DNA of 64,000 nucleotides from Haliotis rufescens (Eukaryota). The notes below the pieces were generated by a model, which worked only from the letters and a program-made list of their open reading frames with translations, was not told the origin of the DNA and did no database searches. A program made the position numbers and the translations under genes. Location: the NCBI RefSeq assembly GCF_023055435.1, contig NW_025964223.1, positions 18,042,001-18,106,000 of the forward strand, written 5' to 3'. This document shows positions 1-13,397 of the stretch, piece by piece (position 1 is the stretch's first letter; the number at the start of each line of letters is the position of its first letter).

Positions 1-199
1 GAAGAAGTTTTGTAATCTGGATTATGGATGGATCATAATCAGATATATCAAAGACATGGGAAGATACATGAGATGTCTCAAAAGTATTTAACTCGCGTAG
101 GTTGAACACTGCCAGGTGGATGTCAATCTCCAACATGACAGCTGTGCTTTGTAACAACATACGTCATCAGGTCTCTTGTGGATCCTATATCAACAATTA

Positions 200-733
200 G
201 ATGAAAGACTAAATGAAACAGACAAGGACTGAGTGAGTTGTGTTTAATGCCGCTTTGAACAGAATGTCAGTTATATCGCGGTGTATGAGCTTGACGTTGG
301 AGGAAAGGCCGAAGTGATGCAGGTCTCTGATATTTCGACGCTGATGAAATACGGGCATTGTATTGGTAAATCAGAATCAGTATAATAGCTTGGTTATGAA
401 CCAACCACCATAGGATTTTGGCAGGTCAAATGGATGCAACTCTTCTGCAATATAAGCACAGCAAGGAGATCTTGATCATGAACTTGTCACTATGCTTTTA
501 TAGTTACAATGTATAGTTATTATGTTTTTATGGTACAAAGTTTTACACTGTAATTTTATATATCAAGTGTTCATAAAAGTTGAAAACCAAGCACACAGCT
601 CTATTCATGTATTTGTTAAAACTATATCATTCATTGTGATAAATAATTTTTTAAAAATTGCAATTTCTAGTTACATGTTGCTCTGTCCATATACCAATTT
701 GTAACTGTTGCTTTTACCACAATCACTATGCGA
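200..733 (+). repeat. Dispersed ~530 bp duplication; partner at ~5155-5737
   Basis: Collinear similarity from atgaaaca..aaggactgagtgagtt through accacaatcactatgcga in both places; includes a decayed SINE. Confidence 0.8.
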
Positions 734-884
734 GGTCGAGCTAGGAAGTATAGAAGATGCTTTCGATGTTTTCGCAACCCACAATAGTGTCTGCATTTTC
801 GTTTTGGAGACGTGAAGATCCGGCTAGAGAATAGGTCTTCAGCAACCCATGCTTGCCGTTAGAGGCGACTCTCGGGATCGGACA

Positions 885-1321
885 GCAGAAACGTACCTAT
901 ATCTATTACTGCTGGCTCAGACAGGGTATCGATATCCGCATCAGTGGCCACAGCAACTCCTGGCGGGGACCAGACCTTGAACAATCATCAAGACCTGAAC
1001 ACAGAGAACATAGGCACTTCGTCAACAGAACATGCATCTCAAGAAGAGAATGGAGTCTTCGACCAGGTCAGGGTTGCAGGCATCAAGCAAGTAAACTGCA
1101 GTTCCAGGGAAGCAGATATAATTCCATCAAGTCAACACATCTTTTGTCCGGAACAGTGTGCCCCTTCACAGCTGACAGAGGTGGAAGTCACTTCAGGAAA
1201 TGCAGCACCTGCATCTTCAACTCTTACATTTGCCACCGCTGTCTACCCCCACTATGATGATAGGGTAAAACAACTAAGCACCTAAGAACCATTTATACCA
1301 ATGAAGTTCTTTGTTAAAGCG
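885..1321 (+). pseudogene. IAP pseudogene relic (inter-BIR linker and start of BIR2)
   Basis: ORF 944-1285 ends LTFATAVYPHYDDRVKQLST*, matching [21 protein letters not shown] and LRFDNAIYPNYCDISTRLSSF at the start of BIR2 in the two long IAPs. Out-of-frame PKNH..FVKA follows. Bounded 5' by a SINE fragment (809-882). Confidence 0.65.
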
Positions 1322-1567
1322 AGTGACCTGTTATGTTGTGTTTTAGGTATCCCACACAAAGCTTAATATGAACCCATCTTTGTGGGTTTGAAATAGGGTA
1401 ATGGGCTTCTCCAATTGTAAGGTAATGTGGATACGTCTTTTGACAGTTATGAATCTGTTTCTGCACAATATTTAAATTATGGACAAAAGACAATTTTATC
1501 TTCTTTACTACTTCAGCTATTTCCCGCTGTGTGTTGCGAGTGAGGAACTGAGTATGGTTTCACACCA

Positions 1568-1746
1568 CTGTGTCTGAGTGTCTGAGTTGGGTTTTCATGT
1601 TAAACTGCGGCATGGTATATCAGTGGGCTAGCGCTGTAAATCGGCATCAGACTAGTACAAGCAGCCGCACACACACTATGCACGTCGCTATATAAGTGCA
1701 GTAATCTTGACCGCGACGTTATACCCCATTTCACCTCACCTCACCT
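1568..1746 (+). mobile_element. 3' fragment of Meta-type SINE
   Basis: Matches the 3' part of the 14603-14950 element, including the (CACCT)n tail. Confidence 0.75.
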
Positions 1747-2383
1747 GTGTGCTGATATACTAAGCTGCACTATGATCAGCACTGTTCAATAGTTACTGGT
1801 TTGTTCAGGCGGTTCCTAACTGACTCATATTGGCATTATCCTAATACTAGACATATTAGACATTGGACTAATAAAAGCTTAAACGGAACTTTGAAAGTTT
1901 GTGATTTGTAAAGTATTTGTATATCTATATATTGTGTAAGCAAGTATCAACACAACCTATATAAATCTCACTTGTTGGTAAAGTATGTGTTTTGTAATTC
2001 ATCGTAGTTCATGATGTTGTCACTGACATCAAGTTAGTGAGTGTGGGTGTGTTAATTTTGCCTTTTGCCTTCAGCACAGTGGAATCTGTGTCGTCGGATA
2101 ATCGAGACCGGTTATTCTCTGGCGTTGATATATATAACACCGGTTAGGAATATTCCAGTTGTATGATGATGACTTGTAAATAGTCATGTCTGGACAAGTC
2201 AATCAGTTGGGGCTCGAAGACATGCAATCAGTCAAGTCACACATACCCATTATACATTTTCCGTTTGTGGGCTCTTACGACAAGTAAGGGATACCTGGCA
2301 CCTATTCCTCCCATGACTCCCCTAAGCGGCAGCAATATTCCGTCAGGTCCCGTTAATCCGACCTGGATGCTTGCATATATATA

Positions 2384-3466
2384 TCAGTGTAGAATACGGC
2401 AATTGTACTGACTGTCCACAGCTTCAGGGTAGAATACGGCAATTGTACTGACTGTCTATAGCTTCAGGGTAGAATACGGCAATCCTACTGACTCTCTGTA
2501 GCTTCAGTGTAGAATACGGCAATCGCACTGACTGTCTATAGCTTCAGTGTAGAATACGGCAATTGTACTGACTGTCCACAGCTTCAGTTTACAATACGGC
2601 AATCGTACTGACTGTCCACAGCTTCAGTGTAGAATACGGCAATTGTACTGACTGTCCACAGCTACAGTTTACAATACGGCAATCGTACTGACTGTCCACA
2701 GCTTCAGTGTAGAATACGGCAATTGTACTGACTGTCCACAGCTTCAGGGTAGAATACGGCAATTGTACTGACTGTCTGTAGCTTCAGGGTAGAATACGGC
2801 AATCCTACTGACTCTCTGTAGCTTCAGTGTAGAATACGGCAATCGCACTGACTGTCTATAGCTTCAGTGTAGAATACGGCAATTGTACTGACTGTCCAAA
2901 GCTTCAGTTTACAATACGGCAATCGTACTGACTGTCCACAGCTTCAGTGTAGAATACGGCAATCGTACTGACTGTCCACAGTTTCAGTGTAGAATACAGC
3001 AATCGTACTGACTGTCCACAGCTTCAGTGTAGAATACGGCAATCGTACTGACTGTCCACAGCTTCAGTGTAGAATACGGCAATCGCACTGACTGTCTATA
3101 GCTTCAGTGTAGAATACGGCAATCGTACTGACTGTCCACAGCTTCAGTGTAGAATACGGCAATTGTACTGACTGTCCACAGCTACAGTTTACAACACGGC
3201 AATCGTACTGACTGTCCACAGCTTCAGTTTACAATACGGCAATCGCACTGACTGTCCACAGCTTCAGTTTACAATACGGCAATTGTACTGACTGCCCACA
3301 GCTTCAGTTTACAATACGGCAATCGTACTGACTGTCCACAGCTTCAGTTTACAATACGGCAATTGTACTGACTGCCCACAGCTTCAGTTTACAATACGGC
3401 AATCGCACTGACTGTCCACAGCTTCAGGGTAGAATACGACAATCGTACTGACTGCCCATAGCTTCA
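2384..3466. repeat. Minisatellite, 40-bp unit, ~27 copies
   Basis: Unit tcagtgtagaatacggcaatcgtactgactgtccacagct repeated in register. Confidence 0.97.
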
Positions 3467-3929
3467 ATACTCAATACTCAAAACCTAAAATACCAGTTTC
3501 TTCAGATGTTAGTCAGACGTTTGAAAACATAAGACCTTAAATTATTCGGTCTGCGTTAAGGAAAATCGAAATTATTTTATTCGATTATTCCAAGTTTCAG
3601 ACAGCAATTGTCACATGTCAATCGAAAAAACCCGCGGGCAGCAATCACGTCAAGTGTTAGCGAAATGTTAAAGGAAACGAGAGGCAGAGGGAAAAAGTAG
3701 TGGTGAACACTATGTACCGCTAACGTCAATAACGCTGTAATAGAACTGGCAACAACACAAACACAATGTGACAGGAATCAAAACGTGACAAAGAATGCAC
3801 CAGCTAGCTTATCTGAAAAATTCCTGATGAAGCTTGTTTTTCGCGCCTTGCGAGAGGCAGACGCCGTTCAATTGGACCACGCGCTAGCTTCATGCGCGAG
3901 AGTCTCGTATATCGCCATACATGGTCTAA

Positions 3930-3940
3930 GGGAATTCCCC
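3930..3940. promoter_or_regulatory. NF-kB site upstream of the 4671 IAP fragment
   Basis: Palindromic GGGAATTCCC(C). A likely non-coding first-exon donor (GTGAGT at 4166) and an acceptor (TTTCAG ending 4518) lie downstream. Confidence 0.55.
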
Positions 3941-4670
3941 GCATACGCATTTAACTGCATAGCCATTCATATCGACGAGGCTGAAGGGGCTGAAATAATA
4001 GTGTGCAGCGCTGTGTGTTGTATTGACAGGACATGTCCGGTTACATGTGAGTTTATTCATGTTTATTGATATCGTAGGGCAAAGAACGCCGCGGGCCTAT
4101 TTCAAAGGCAAAGCTAGATGGATCTCGTAATCTAGAAGAGACGCATTGAATTGATTTGGAAGATTGTGAGTAGGGGTGGGGGGCTGATTCTGTTATTTAT
4201 TTATTTATGTTCTGGGGTGGGTCTAACCCTAGCATGTCCTAGTTGCCTTGGGACTGCTGTTTAATAGTAATCAGGAACTGCTGTACGTGTAGCGTCAGGC
4301 GACAAGCAGATTGCCTTCATGCAGATTGTGCAGAAGGGGGTGCTACCTGTGGGGCAGGATATGCTTGCCTTTTTCGTGAACACCTGGTGTCATCACTGAT
4401 TTTCAGTGATCTATTCATATTACTTTTAACGCTATGTTGCCTTTTGGAATCTGTTTCGTCGGACAGTCGAGGCTGGTTATTTTCTGATGTTGACGTTATA
4501 TATATTTCAATATTTCAGATATGGGAATCTGAGATTGGAATTTTGGAGAGGATTGATTCAAACAGGTAGATTGGAGAGTATTGATCCTAACACCTAGATA
4601 CGGACACGCCTCTCTGTGCTCTGGGCATATAGTTTGTAATGAACTTATAAAGTTAACATAAGCAAGAACT

Positions 4671-5081
4671 ATGTCTTCAATTAGTTTGCGTGGTGACTTT
4701 GAAGCTTTGGTGAGAAGACAAGGAGTACCAATCCAGCGCGCAATGCGTTTAGAGGCAATGCGTTTGAAGTCCTTTAGCAGATCAAATGTTCAAATGTCAG
4801 CCATAGTTCTTTCTGGAGAAGGCTTCTATGCTACAGGAGATGGGGACGAGACAAGATGCTTCAGCTGCGGCATCAGGCACAGTAACTGGAGACGAGGGGA
4901 TAGACCTGTTCATATTCATCTTCGAGGTTGTAGACAGAAACACAGAATAGATCCCAGCAATGTCCGATTTTCACGCAACCCATTGCCTTCTTTGACAGAC
5001 ATACTGCAGCAATGTCAGTGTACCCTCGATGTCGCGAGTGATTACCACATACACCCTCCGCACAAGATAAGGTCAGAGTGA
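4671..5081 (+). pseudogene. Truncated IAP with a single atypical BIR1; paralogue of the short IAP
   Basis: [39 protein letters not shown] aligns with the 20479/26468 gene up to DYHIHP, then stops. No BIR2, UBA or RING exons found downstream. Could alternatively be an expressed 136-aa BIR-only protein. Confidence 0.7.
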
Positions 5082-5869
5082 AGATACACAGTCATTGTAT
5101 ATTCCAAGTATCCAGGCAATGTGTACACATCTTATGTATTTGTCTTAAGTTGGAAGAAAGACTAAATTAATGAAACAAACAAGGATTGGGTGAGTTGGGG
5201 TTTAACGCTTCTTTGAACATAATATCAGTTATATCGCGTGTATGAGCTTGACGTTGGGGGAAAGGCTGAAGTGATGCACGTCTTTGATATTTCGATACTG
5301 ATGAAATACGGGCATTGTATTGCTACAGAATCAGCATTATAACTTGGTTATGAACCAACCATCATTGGATTTTGGCAGGTCTAAAGGATGCAAATCTCCA
5401 CAACGAGTTGTGGGGCCTCAAATTACTGGGTCACTCATGCACGATAACCACATCAAGGAGATCTTGAACTTCGAACTATGCTTTTATAGTTACAATCTAT
5501 AGCTATTATGTTTTTACTTTACAATGTTTAACACTGTTGTTTCATAAAAAGTGTTCATAAAGTTTTAAAGGCAATTTAATTAATATTCAAACACACAACT
5601 CCGTGTATTTTAATGAGGGCTATCGTCTCGTTGTTAATTCTATATAATTAATTATGGTTGATAATATATTATGTATTTTCAAATTTCTGTATAAATATCA
5701 ATTTGTAATTGTTACTTCGACCACAATCACTATGCGATCATCGGATGTCGGTCAGGTTTGGTATTTTGGTTGGTTGTTATAGTACCCAGACGACTTCGGA
5801 CGATTTTACAATGTCAACTGCTGGTTTGCTAGCCCAAACTTCGTGTACAACATAAGGAGGGATTGATGT

Positions 5870-7146
5870 CTTTATGCTCTGTCTACTCTATTCATGCTTC
5901 GTGCAAGGCGGTTGTGTTCCATTAGTTATGAGGCATATTGTAAACCACAGGCTAATCAGTTACGGGGAAAACCAGCCTTAAAATAGCAATGACGTGTGAC
6001 AGAATATGAAATGAATTTTCCTGTACATCTAAACCAGACTTTATGTTACTGCAGTTTGAGGAAATACTGTTGTGGATGTCTGTTTGATTCGTGTGAGGTG
6101 GGTTGTCTGATTCAAACTATGAACGTGTCGTAAGGATTGTTTGTGACATGGATCTATTTTTAGAGTAGTCGTTTTGAAAATGTTCACAGTTGTGCCTGTG
6201 GTTACAATGACATCAAATACAGCTTTGAATTGCTACCGTTTTAGAATGTGAATATGTATTGATATAATCCTCAAGCCTGACTTATTACCCACTCTTTTTA
6301 TCACTAAAAGACGTTGTGTTTATCGATTATAAAAGTCATATATGAATGTTCAATAATCCATCTTATTAATCTACTCGATAATCAACTTTACTTGTAAAGG
6401 ACAACCACAGAATTCATACATTATCATTAATACGGTATAAATGAGACTATAACACCCGTGATGGGACTGAACCTCCAGCGAGTAGACATTTTTATTGAAT
6501 GAATATTTTCACTATTTGTGACATTCCACATTGTGATGGTATAACCTTAGGATATTTATAACCATATATCGGTCACAAAATACAAACCGCGTTCAGTATG
6601 TGGTAGACAGTTTTGGAATGAATCTAAATAATAGTATCGTGTCAGATCAATTAGCTCCCTCCAACTCAGGCGGGAGTTTCCCTCAGTTTTCACTGATATT
6701 GATTATGACGTATTGCAATACTTCCTGTGTAAAACTACACAGAATCAACACCAAAGGCCTCCTTCAACCCGATGTACAAGCCTACCCAAGAGAATGAGTA
6801 ATATATTACACAATGAGGGATTGCGGTCACTATGCTCTTTCTTCTTTACTAATGCCTCGTGCAAGGTTATTATGTCACACTTATTCTAAATATCTAAACA
6901 GCAACATATTTGAACCAGTTGGGAAACCAGTCTTAAAATAGCCATGAGTTGTGACCGAAGGTGGTATTAAATGTAACCTGTACTGCGACAAGTAGACTCT
7001 GTGTTGAAGAGTCTGAATCTGAGGAAATACATCAGATCTGGATGTCTGTTTAATTCGTGTAAGGTTGGTGGTTTGTTTCATACAAAGAATGTGTGGTGAG
7101 GTTTGTGACATTTTAGAATAGTCATTTAGAAATATTCACTGTTGTG
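5870..7146 (+). repeat. Local ~320 bp duplication (5870-6195 vs 6830-7146) flanking a kB site at 6672-6682
   Basis: Shared tatgctct..tcgtgcaagg..gggaaa(a)ccag..ttaaaatagc..gaggaaatac..ggatgtctgtt..ttgtgacat. GGGAGTTTCCC lies between the copies. Confidence 0.65.
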
Positions 7147-8327
7147 AGCCAGTTCAACCATATGTTACAATACATAATTACGACAGATGTCTGTGTTGTT
7201 AGCTGTAGTACCTCGTGTTACTTCCCTGTCTATATATTCTGAATCGATGGTTATGTTGATTTGCAACCCTCGGTATTACTCGCCTGAGACATATCTATAA
7301 TAATTGCTCTGTTTATAATGTACGTGAGATTGGACATTTTATCAATACAGTATAGTTACGAAAAGTTGTAATTAACTGAGACCTGATTTGAGAGCGAAAC
7401 CTGTCGACTCCGTTGGAAACATTACAGTAAATATATATATATATATATTTGTTCATACAAACTCAGACTAAGACATGTTACTGATTAAATCACACTATTA
7501 TTGGGAACAGATGTTCGAATCTCTCAGGGTTACGCTGTACGTACACAAACTAGTTGCTCAAAGCGGCGTAAATCCTTATTCACACATTCGGAGTGTAATG
7601 ATAGAGATTCCAAAAGATGCTAATGCTAACATATTATATACCTATGTTTGCTGGGTGTTTTCATATAAAAACAAACATACACACGACTATTAATATAAAC
7701 TTAAACTTAACGTGTATAAAGGTGCAATATATGTTTGGATCGTATGATGTCTCTTATGTTGGGGTTCTGTATCAATAGTGTTGGTGAGTTGGGTTTAACG
7801 CCGCTTTGAACGTATTCAAGATATATCACGGCGTGTTACTTTAATGCGTGTGGAAAGCCCGAAGTGTTGCAGGTCTTCGACGTTTACCACTTTGGCGAAA
7901 GGCACACGGACGGGCATCGTGCTGAGAAAACTAGAAACATAACTGGGTTTTATATCAACAGGGATATACAGTAATGGATATATACGTGCTGCTCATGAAT
8001 GAGAACGTGGTATTTTTCCTTCTCGACCTCTGGATGAGGAGTACGCATGGTGTTATCAATGTTTAGGGAATCTTCAATACATGTCAGCAGTGTTTGTTAC
8101 CACCTTTATCCAAATTCCCCTGCAGTCTGGTACTACGAAACGTCCATTTCAAGTGCCACGATTTTAGAATGTGAACTAGGTACAGATACAAATAGTCAGA
8201 GACAATATGAAATTTCATTTAATAAAAATATTTATTAATTATGTAATATTTTCTAGTTGACAGTTTCACCATTGAAGTATCGTTCTGAGCAGAGTTGGGC
8301 ACCTCCAAGCAAGCTTAATCAACTAAA

Positions 8328-11300
8328 ATGACGATCATCAGCCACAGTGCAGGCAATAACTTGTCAATGTCATGTTTGAACCCACAATTGCAAGAATCAT
8401 CACAGAACACAATAATAAATGAATATGACTCCATCATGATCAGTGCCAGATATTCATTCATAAATATAGATGTTAAGACCATTGAATATGGCGGATGGGA
8501 TTCAAACCATCAAAAAACATCGATCCATCATGGAAGAAAGAAAAGTGACGCAACATGGCACAGAGGATGTACAGCTCCTCATCACTGTCAACACAAAAGA
8601 ACTGATGAGTTGTTAAACAACCAGATCACAACCAAGAAGTACGTTGGCAGTACTGCCATATATTACAATGCTCCTATGTATAAGATGGATTCCGAACCAG
8701 AAGGGTGTAACATCAAGGAGGAAGAACAAACCAACTACACAACAATAGCTTATGTTGAGGACAAATGTGATACACAAACCCCTATCACTGGTAATGAAAC
8801 TGATACACAATGGGAACTATCGAAGCAGTGTTCACAAGAAGGAAGACATTCCGATATAGAACGCAGTGAATTTCGTAATGGATGGCATGTTTCAAAATCT
8901 TTAGTCCGACTGCATTTTAATGATATTGTTATGTGTTCTTATACATCGCTGCTCTTTGAATCATTATGCAGTCGAGCAGAATCTGAACAGCATTTTGAAA
9001 GCGGTTTCGGGGATAATCAGTTTGTGAATGATTGGAAAAGAAAGACTCATGTGGCAAAAGAAAAGGAAAATTTCTATACATGTTGGAAGCAGTGTCCAGA
9101 AGGTATGATGAACGATAGACGAGTGAGCTCACACAAGCAAACATTATTCCCTGACATGGAATTTGAAGCGATCAAAGGATTGACTGGTTCTCATACCCCA
9201 TATCCAAAGGAAAGAAAACATAGCCATCCCTCAGACAGTCGAAGGGCGTCTAGTGGATTGGTAGCTGATACTGGACGGGCACTTGTTGCAAAGGAACGTG
9301 GAGCAACGCCACTTGAATGTGATATAAAAGAGACTTCACGCATAATTAGTGAATTGTGCGCTCTATACAATGTCAGTGATTGTGACTTCCAACAAACACA
9401 CGAAGAGTATGGCGGTACATGTACAACTCAAAATGAAATAAATAAGTACCTGGACCACCATGGCAGTACTTTTCCAGACAAAGACGAGGAATCAGTCGAG
9501 TCTAAACTCCCTTCCAAAGACATTTTTCGTCATATTGATATGAACAGCTATATTCAATCCCTCCAAACACTTACTGTTGCACCTTTTCTTTCTTTACAAG
9601 GTTACTTTGTAAAGATCGCTAATCATGAACATGTTTCAAATGATGAAAAGATGGCATATGAGGGCTTGAGGCTTAGTTCGTTTTCGGGTATCAATGTAAA
9701 CGCATCTTGCATTCGTCTAGCAGCCGCAGGATTCTACGCTACGGGCGATAGGGATGAGACCAGATGTTTCAGTTGCGGAATCAGACACAGGGGCTGGCAA
9801 CAGGGGGACAACATCTTCATCATCCACAAACAGATTTCCCCAACCTGTCTTCATGCCATGGGAACTGACCAAATAACTGTGCCGATTAACCCTCCTCCCA
9901 TAGCCGACACTACATCACCACCAGTCGCGTTGGCTAATTCATCAGATGATGCTAGTTTGACACTTGTCATGCACAAAGATCCAAACATAATAACCACTGC
10001 GGATGATACTCTGTCAAGCTTGGAGGCCGATTCAACAAGTGGCGCTGGTATCGAATCAGCAACAAGAAGTGCTCGGGAAAATCCTAACTTACACGTAGTT
10101 ACATACAACAAATACAAATCATCAGCTGAATCGGTTAAAGATGATGCCACAGTAGCATTTCCGTCTGTTTCTGATGAAGGTGTACACAGTTCACGAATCC
10201 ATACAAACCATGAATCTGTCACAGATGACAACATTATAACTGTTCTGCCTGCCTCAAGGGAAGGAGCAGTTAGCGCACAATTACAAAGAAGGGAGTCTAC
10301 TGTACAATCTGATTCAGCAACCGGGACACGATATAACTCAGGGCTTCATAAAAAGATATCTCTGAGGTTTGACAATGCCATCTACCCCAACTACTGTGAC
10401 ATCTCAACTAGACTTTCATCCTTCCTACTGTGGCCCAAAGAACATTGCAAGAAACCAGAAGAACTTGTTCAAGTTGGTTTCTTCTATGCAGGTAAAAACA
10501 ATGCTTTGATCCACATGGAGGTTGTTACCTTATATGGTCAGAATTTAAACCTGGAATTCAGATTTATAAAATGCTGAATTTCAGTAAGAAAAAATTCATT
10601 TAATAATAATAAGACAAGGGTTATGCTAATGTGAATGAAATGATACCATTTTATGATTATAAATACCACAGGTTTAGTTAACTATTAAACAAATTAATTC
10701 TCCCCCACAGGCCTCCCTGACTGTGTGCGATGTTTCGTGTGCGGTATTGGTCTGAAGACGTGGGAGAAGGGAGACAACCCTTGGGTGGAACATGTGCGTT
10801 GGAGGGCGTCTTGTGCCTATGTGAGAGCCATCAAAGGAGAAGCATTTATTACACAGACACTTGCGGAGGAAGGGGAGAGAAGCAGGGTATGTCAGATTAC
10901 CTATTAAGCTCAACAGGCACATATCTGTCGATATGCACAATAATATTGTTCGGGGTGGGGGTGAAGGATGGGGGACTGGTACATGGTGGTTGTGAGTGTC
11001 ACAACAATGGTATGTGTCTCAGACCTACATGAAGCTGACACGACCTGATATAGCAGACATACTGTTCAAAGCGGTGTTAACTGATTCATTCATTCACTCC
11101 ATATTCTATGTCTACTTTCAGGAACGTGACATACCAGAAATCAGAAATCAAGCTGGAAATACGAATGGTAAATTAAAGCGGTTACATATGTATTGTCCTA
11201 AACGTTCGAAATACGTGAGTCCATATGTAGCAACGGTATAATGTTGTATTCACACACTACGTGGTACTGTTGACCACTATTGCAGACACTATTATAAACA

Positions 11301-13397
11301 CAGACATACATTGTTGCACTATAGCGTGATGACGTCGCCGAAGTTATGATTTCACGTAACGTTATTGTTATCATCTTCTCACGGTTTTCAAAATGGAAGA
11401 AACCATTTTTCATTTTGAATTAAAAATATGAAGATGGACGTATTACACTTAAGTCTACATCATATTGATTTTACTGTGAAGACATTCGTGTATTTAATCA
11501 CACAGAACACAATTTTCGTAAAAGTGATTGATAATCTCTAACCGCTGTCATATCGCTGGAATATTGCATGGATAGTTCCATATCTCCCTTTAACTGACTC
11601 GTATGGTTATCATCTCAACGCACAATGCCTTAAATAATTAATGAAGATGTATATTTAACATCCACTGTATGCATTTTAATGCCCATTGAATCATTTCTTC
11701 ATCAGACGCTGGTGATGTCCTTGAACGGGAGGCGTGTCACCGCGCCCTGGAGATGGGCTACAGCAGAGACTGTGTCAGCCAACATGCTCTGGCCATTCTC
11801 AGGAACCAGAGTAAATATAATGTTCTTGTTTCATTCACCATTCGGAGCATATAGACACTCATATAAAATTTCCTTCAAATATGTTATGGTAAAACATATT
11901 ATAAAGTTTGTTTCGAATGCATGTTTATATCGAGGGAAAGCTTTAAGCAGGGAAGGTACCGAAAAATGTCTAAGATATTAGTTTTCCGAACATGTATCAA
12001 TGAAGACATATCATTGAAACATAAGTTGGAAGGTTCTACAGCACTGTTTATACTGCTTCCTCACAGGCCATGTCTCATTGACACTGGATGTCCTGCTCGG
12101 GCAGATCATGGCAGAGGAGGACCTGGAGATGGCTGCTTCTGCGGAAGGCGACTACGATGAGCAACCTGCAGCTGCTGGATCGGGGGCAGAGACGACCTCC
12201 AGCTCAGGAACAGAACTGCAAGGGAATAATGAATTAGTGACAATTGATAATGGATATACACAGGACCCAACCCAAACCATCAAAGCTGCAGCTGCAGGAT
12301 CGACTCCGACAATCTCAATCCTAGGTGCAGAACATCAACAAGAACAGAACCAACAAGTCAAACAGAAACATCTTCAAGCTGGTGCAGCGAAAGCAAGAAT
12401 ACCAATGGGACATGCTGATGAAACTGTCTCATGGCAGAGACCCAGCAGACAAGCATCTGAGCACACAGTGTCAGACGATGAGGATGAGGGGTATGAGGGG
12501 TCCTCCGCGTCGAAGGGAAATACGTTTCAAAGCTTGCCAGTGATGCCATCCGGAAATATAGCCATTACCAAGCAAAAAAAGTCATCCGCTAGGAGAAGTG
12601 AGTATGAACATTACCTGGATTAAGTTGTACACTAACTGTTTTCTGAAACGAAGCTTTCAAATGGAAATGGGAAAGCGAGTTGGATTTTAGACCACTTTTA
12701 GCATCATTATAAGCATTATCCCGGCCATCACACAATGTACATGTGTGGGGAATGTAAAACTGGTTCTTTGGCGTGATGAGCAAAAGGTTAACCACTGCGG
12801 TCCCCACTGCCCCTCCCATATCAAATAAAAAACAATACTGGTATATGTCAATGCATCTTAAAATTGCGGTCAGTACGTATGCTCTGGTTGTACTTGTTTT
12901 CACCTGAAATTAAGAGACTTTCAGTAATAAGATTTAATATAACTACATTTCGGTACTTGTCGGTACCTAATATTAAATAAGAGTATATCCTTTTCGAATG
13001 TTTATTTATGAAACATATTTTATTGTCCAAAAAGACAAAGGATTTGGGTACAAGTGTTAACTTATTACCGCCTTCTCCCTCAATGTTTATGTTTCTGGTA
13101 AATACCAAATTCATCTGATGAGACATGGCCTAACAGTGAGGTGATATATGTGTTTTTTTTGCAGAAAGCACAAAGGAACAATTGAAGGCCACAGAGGAAG
13201 AGACACAGCAGCTGAAAGAGTCGAACTTGTGTAAGATATGTCTGGAGGACCCTGCCAACATCGTTTTCCTCCCTTGTGGGCATCTGGTGGCATGTGCGAT
13301 GTGCGCCCCAGCTCTAGAACGTTGCCCAGTCTGTAGAACACACATCCGGGGATCTGTCCGTGTCCATCTGGCGGCACATCTCAAGGACAAGACTTGA
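8328..13397 (+). CDS. Long IAP (BIR-BIR-UBA-RING), ~1084 aa; exons 8328-10491, 10711-10886, 11122-11167, 11706-11810, 12067-12597, 13165-13397
   Basis: Two C-x2-C-x16-H-x6-C BIRs, with BIR2 split by a phase-1 intron at GFFYA/G. UBA-like ALEMGYS motif. C3HC4 [40 protein letters not shown]. All introns GT-AG, phases consistent, CDS 3255 nt. Confidence 0.92.

Noticed and set aside
2384-3466. CRISPR-like array
   Set aside because: Contiguous units with no unique spacers, in a eukaryotic context; the same applies to the other arrays.
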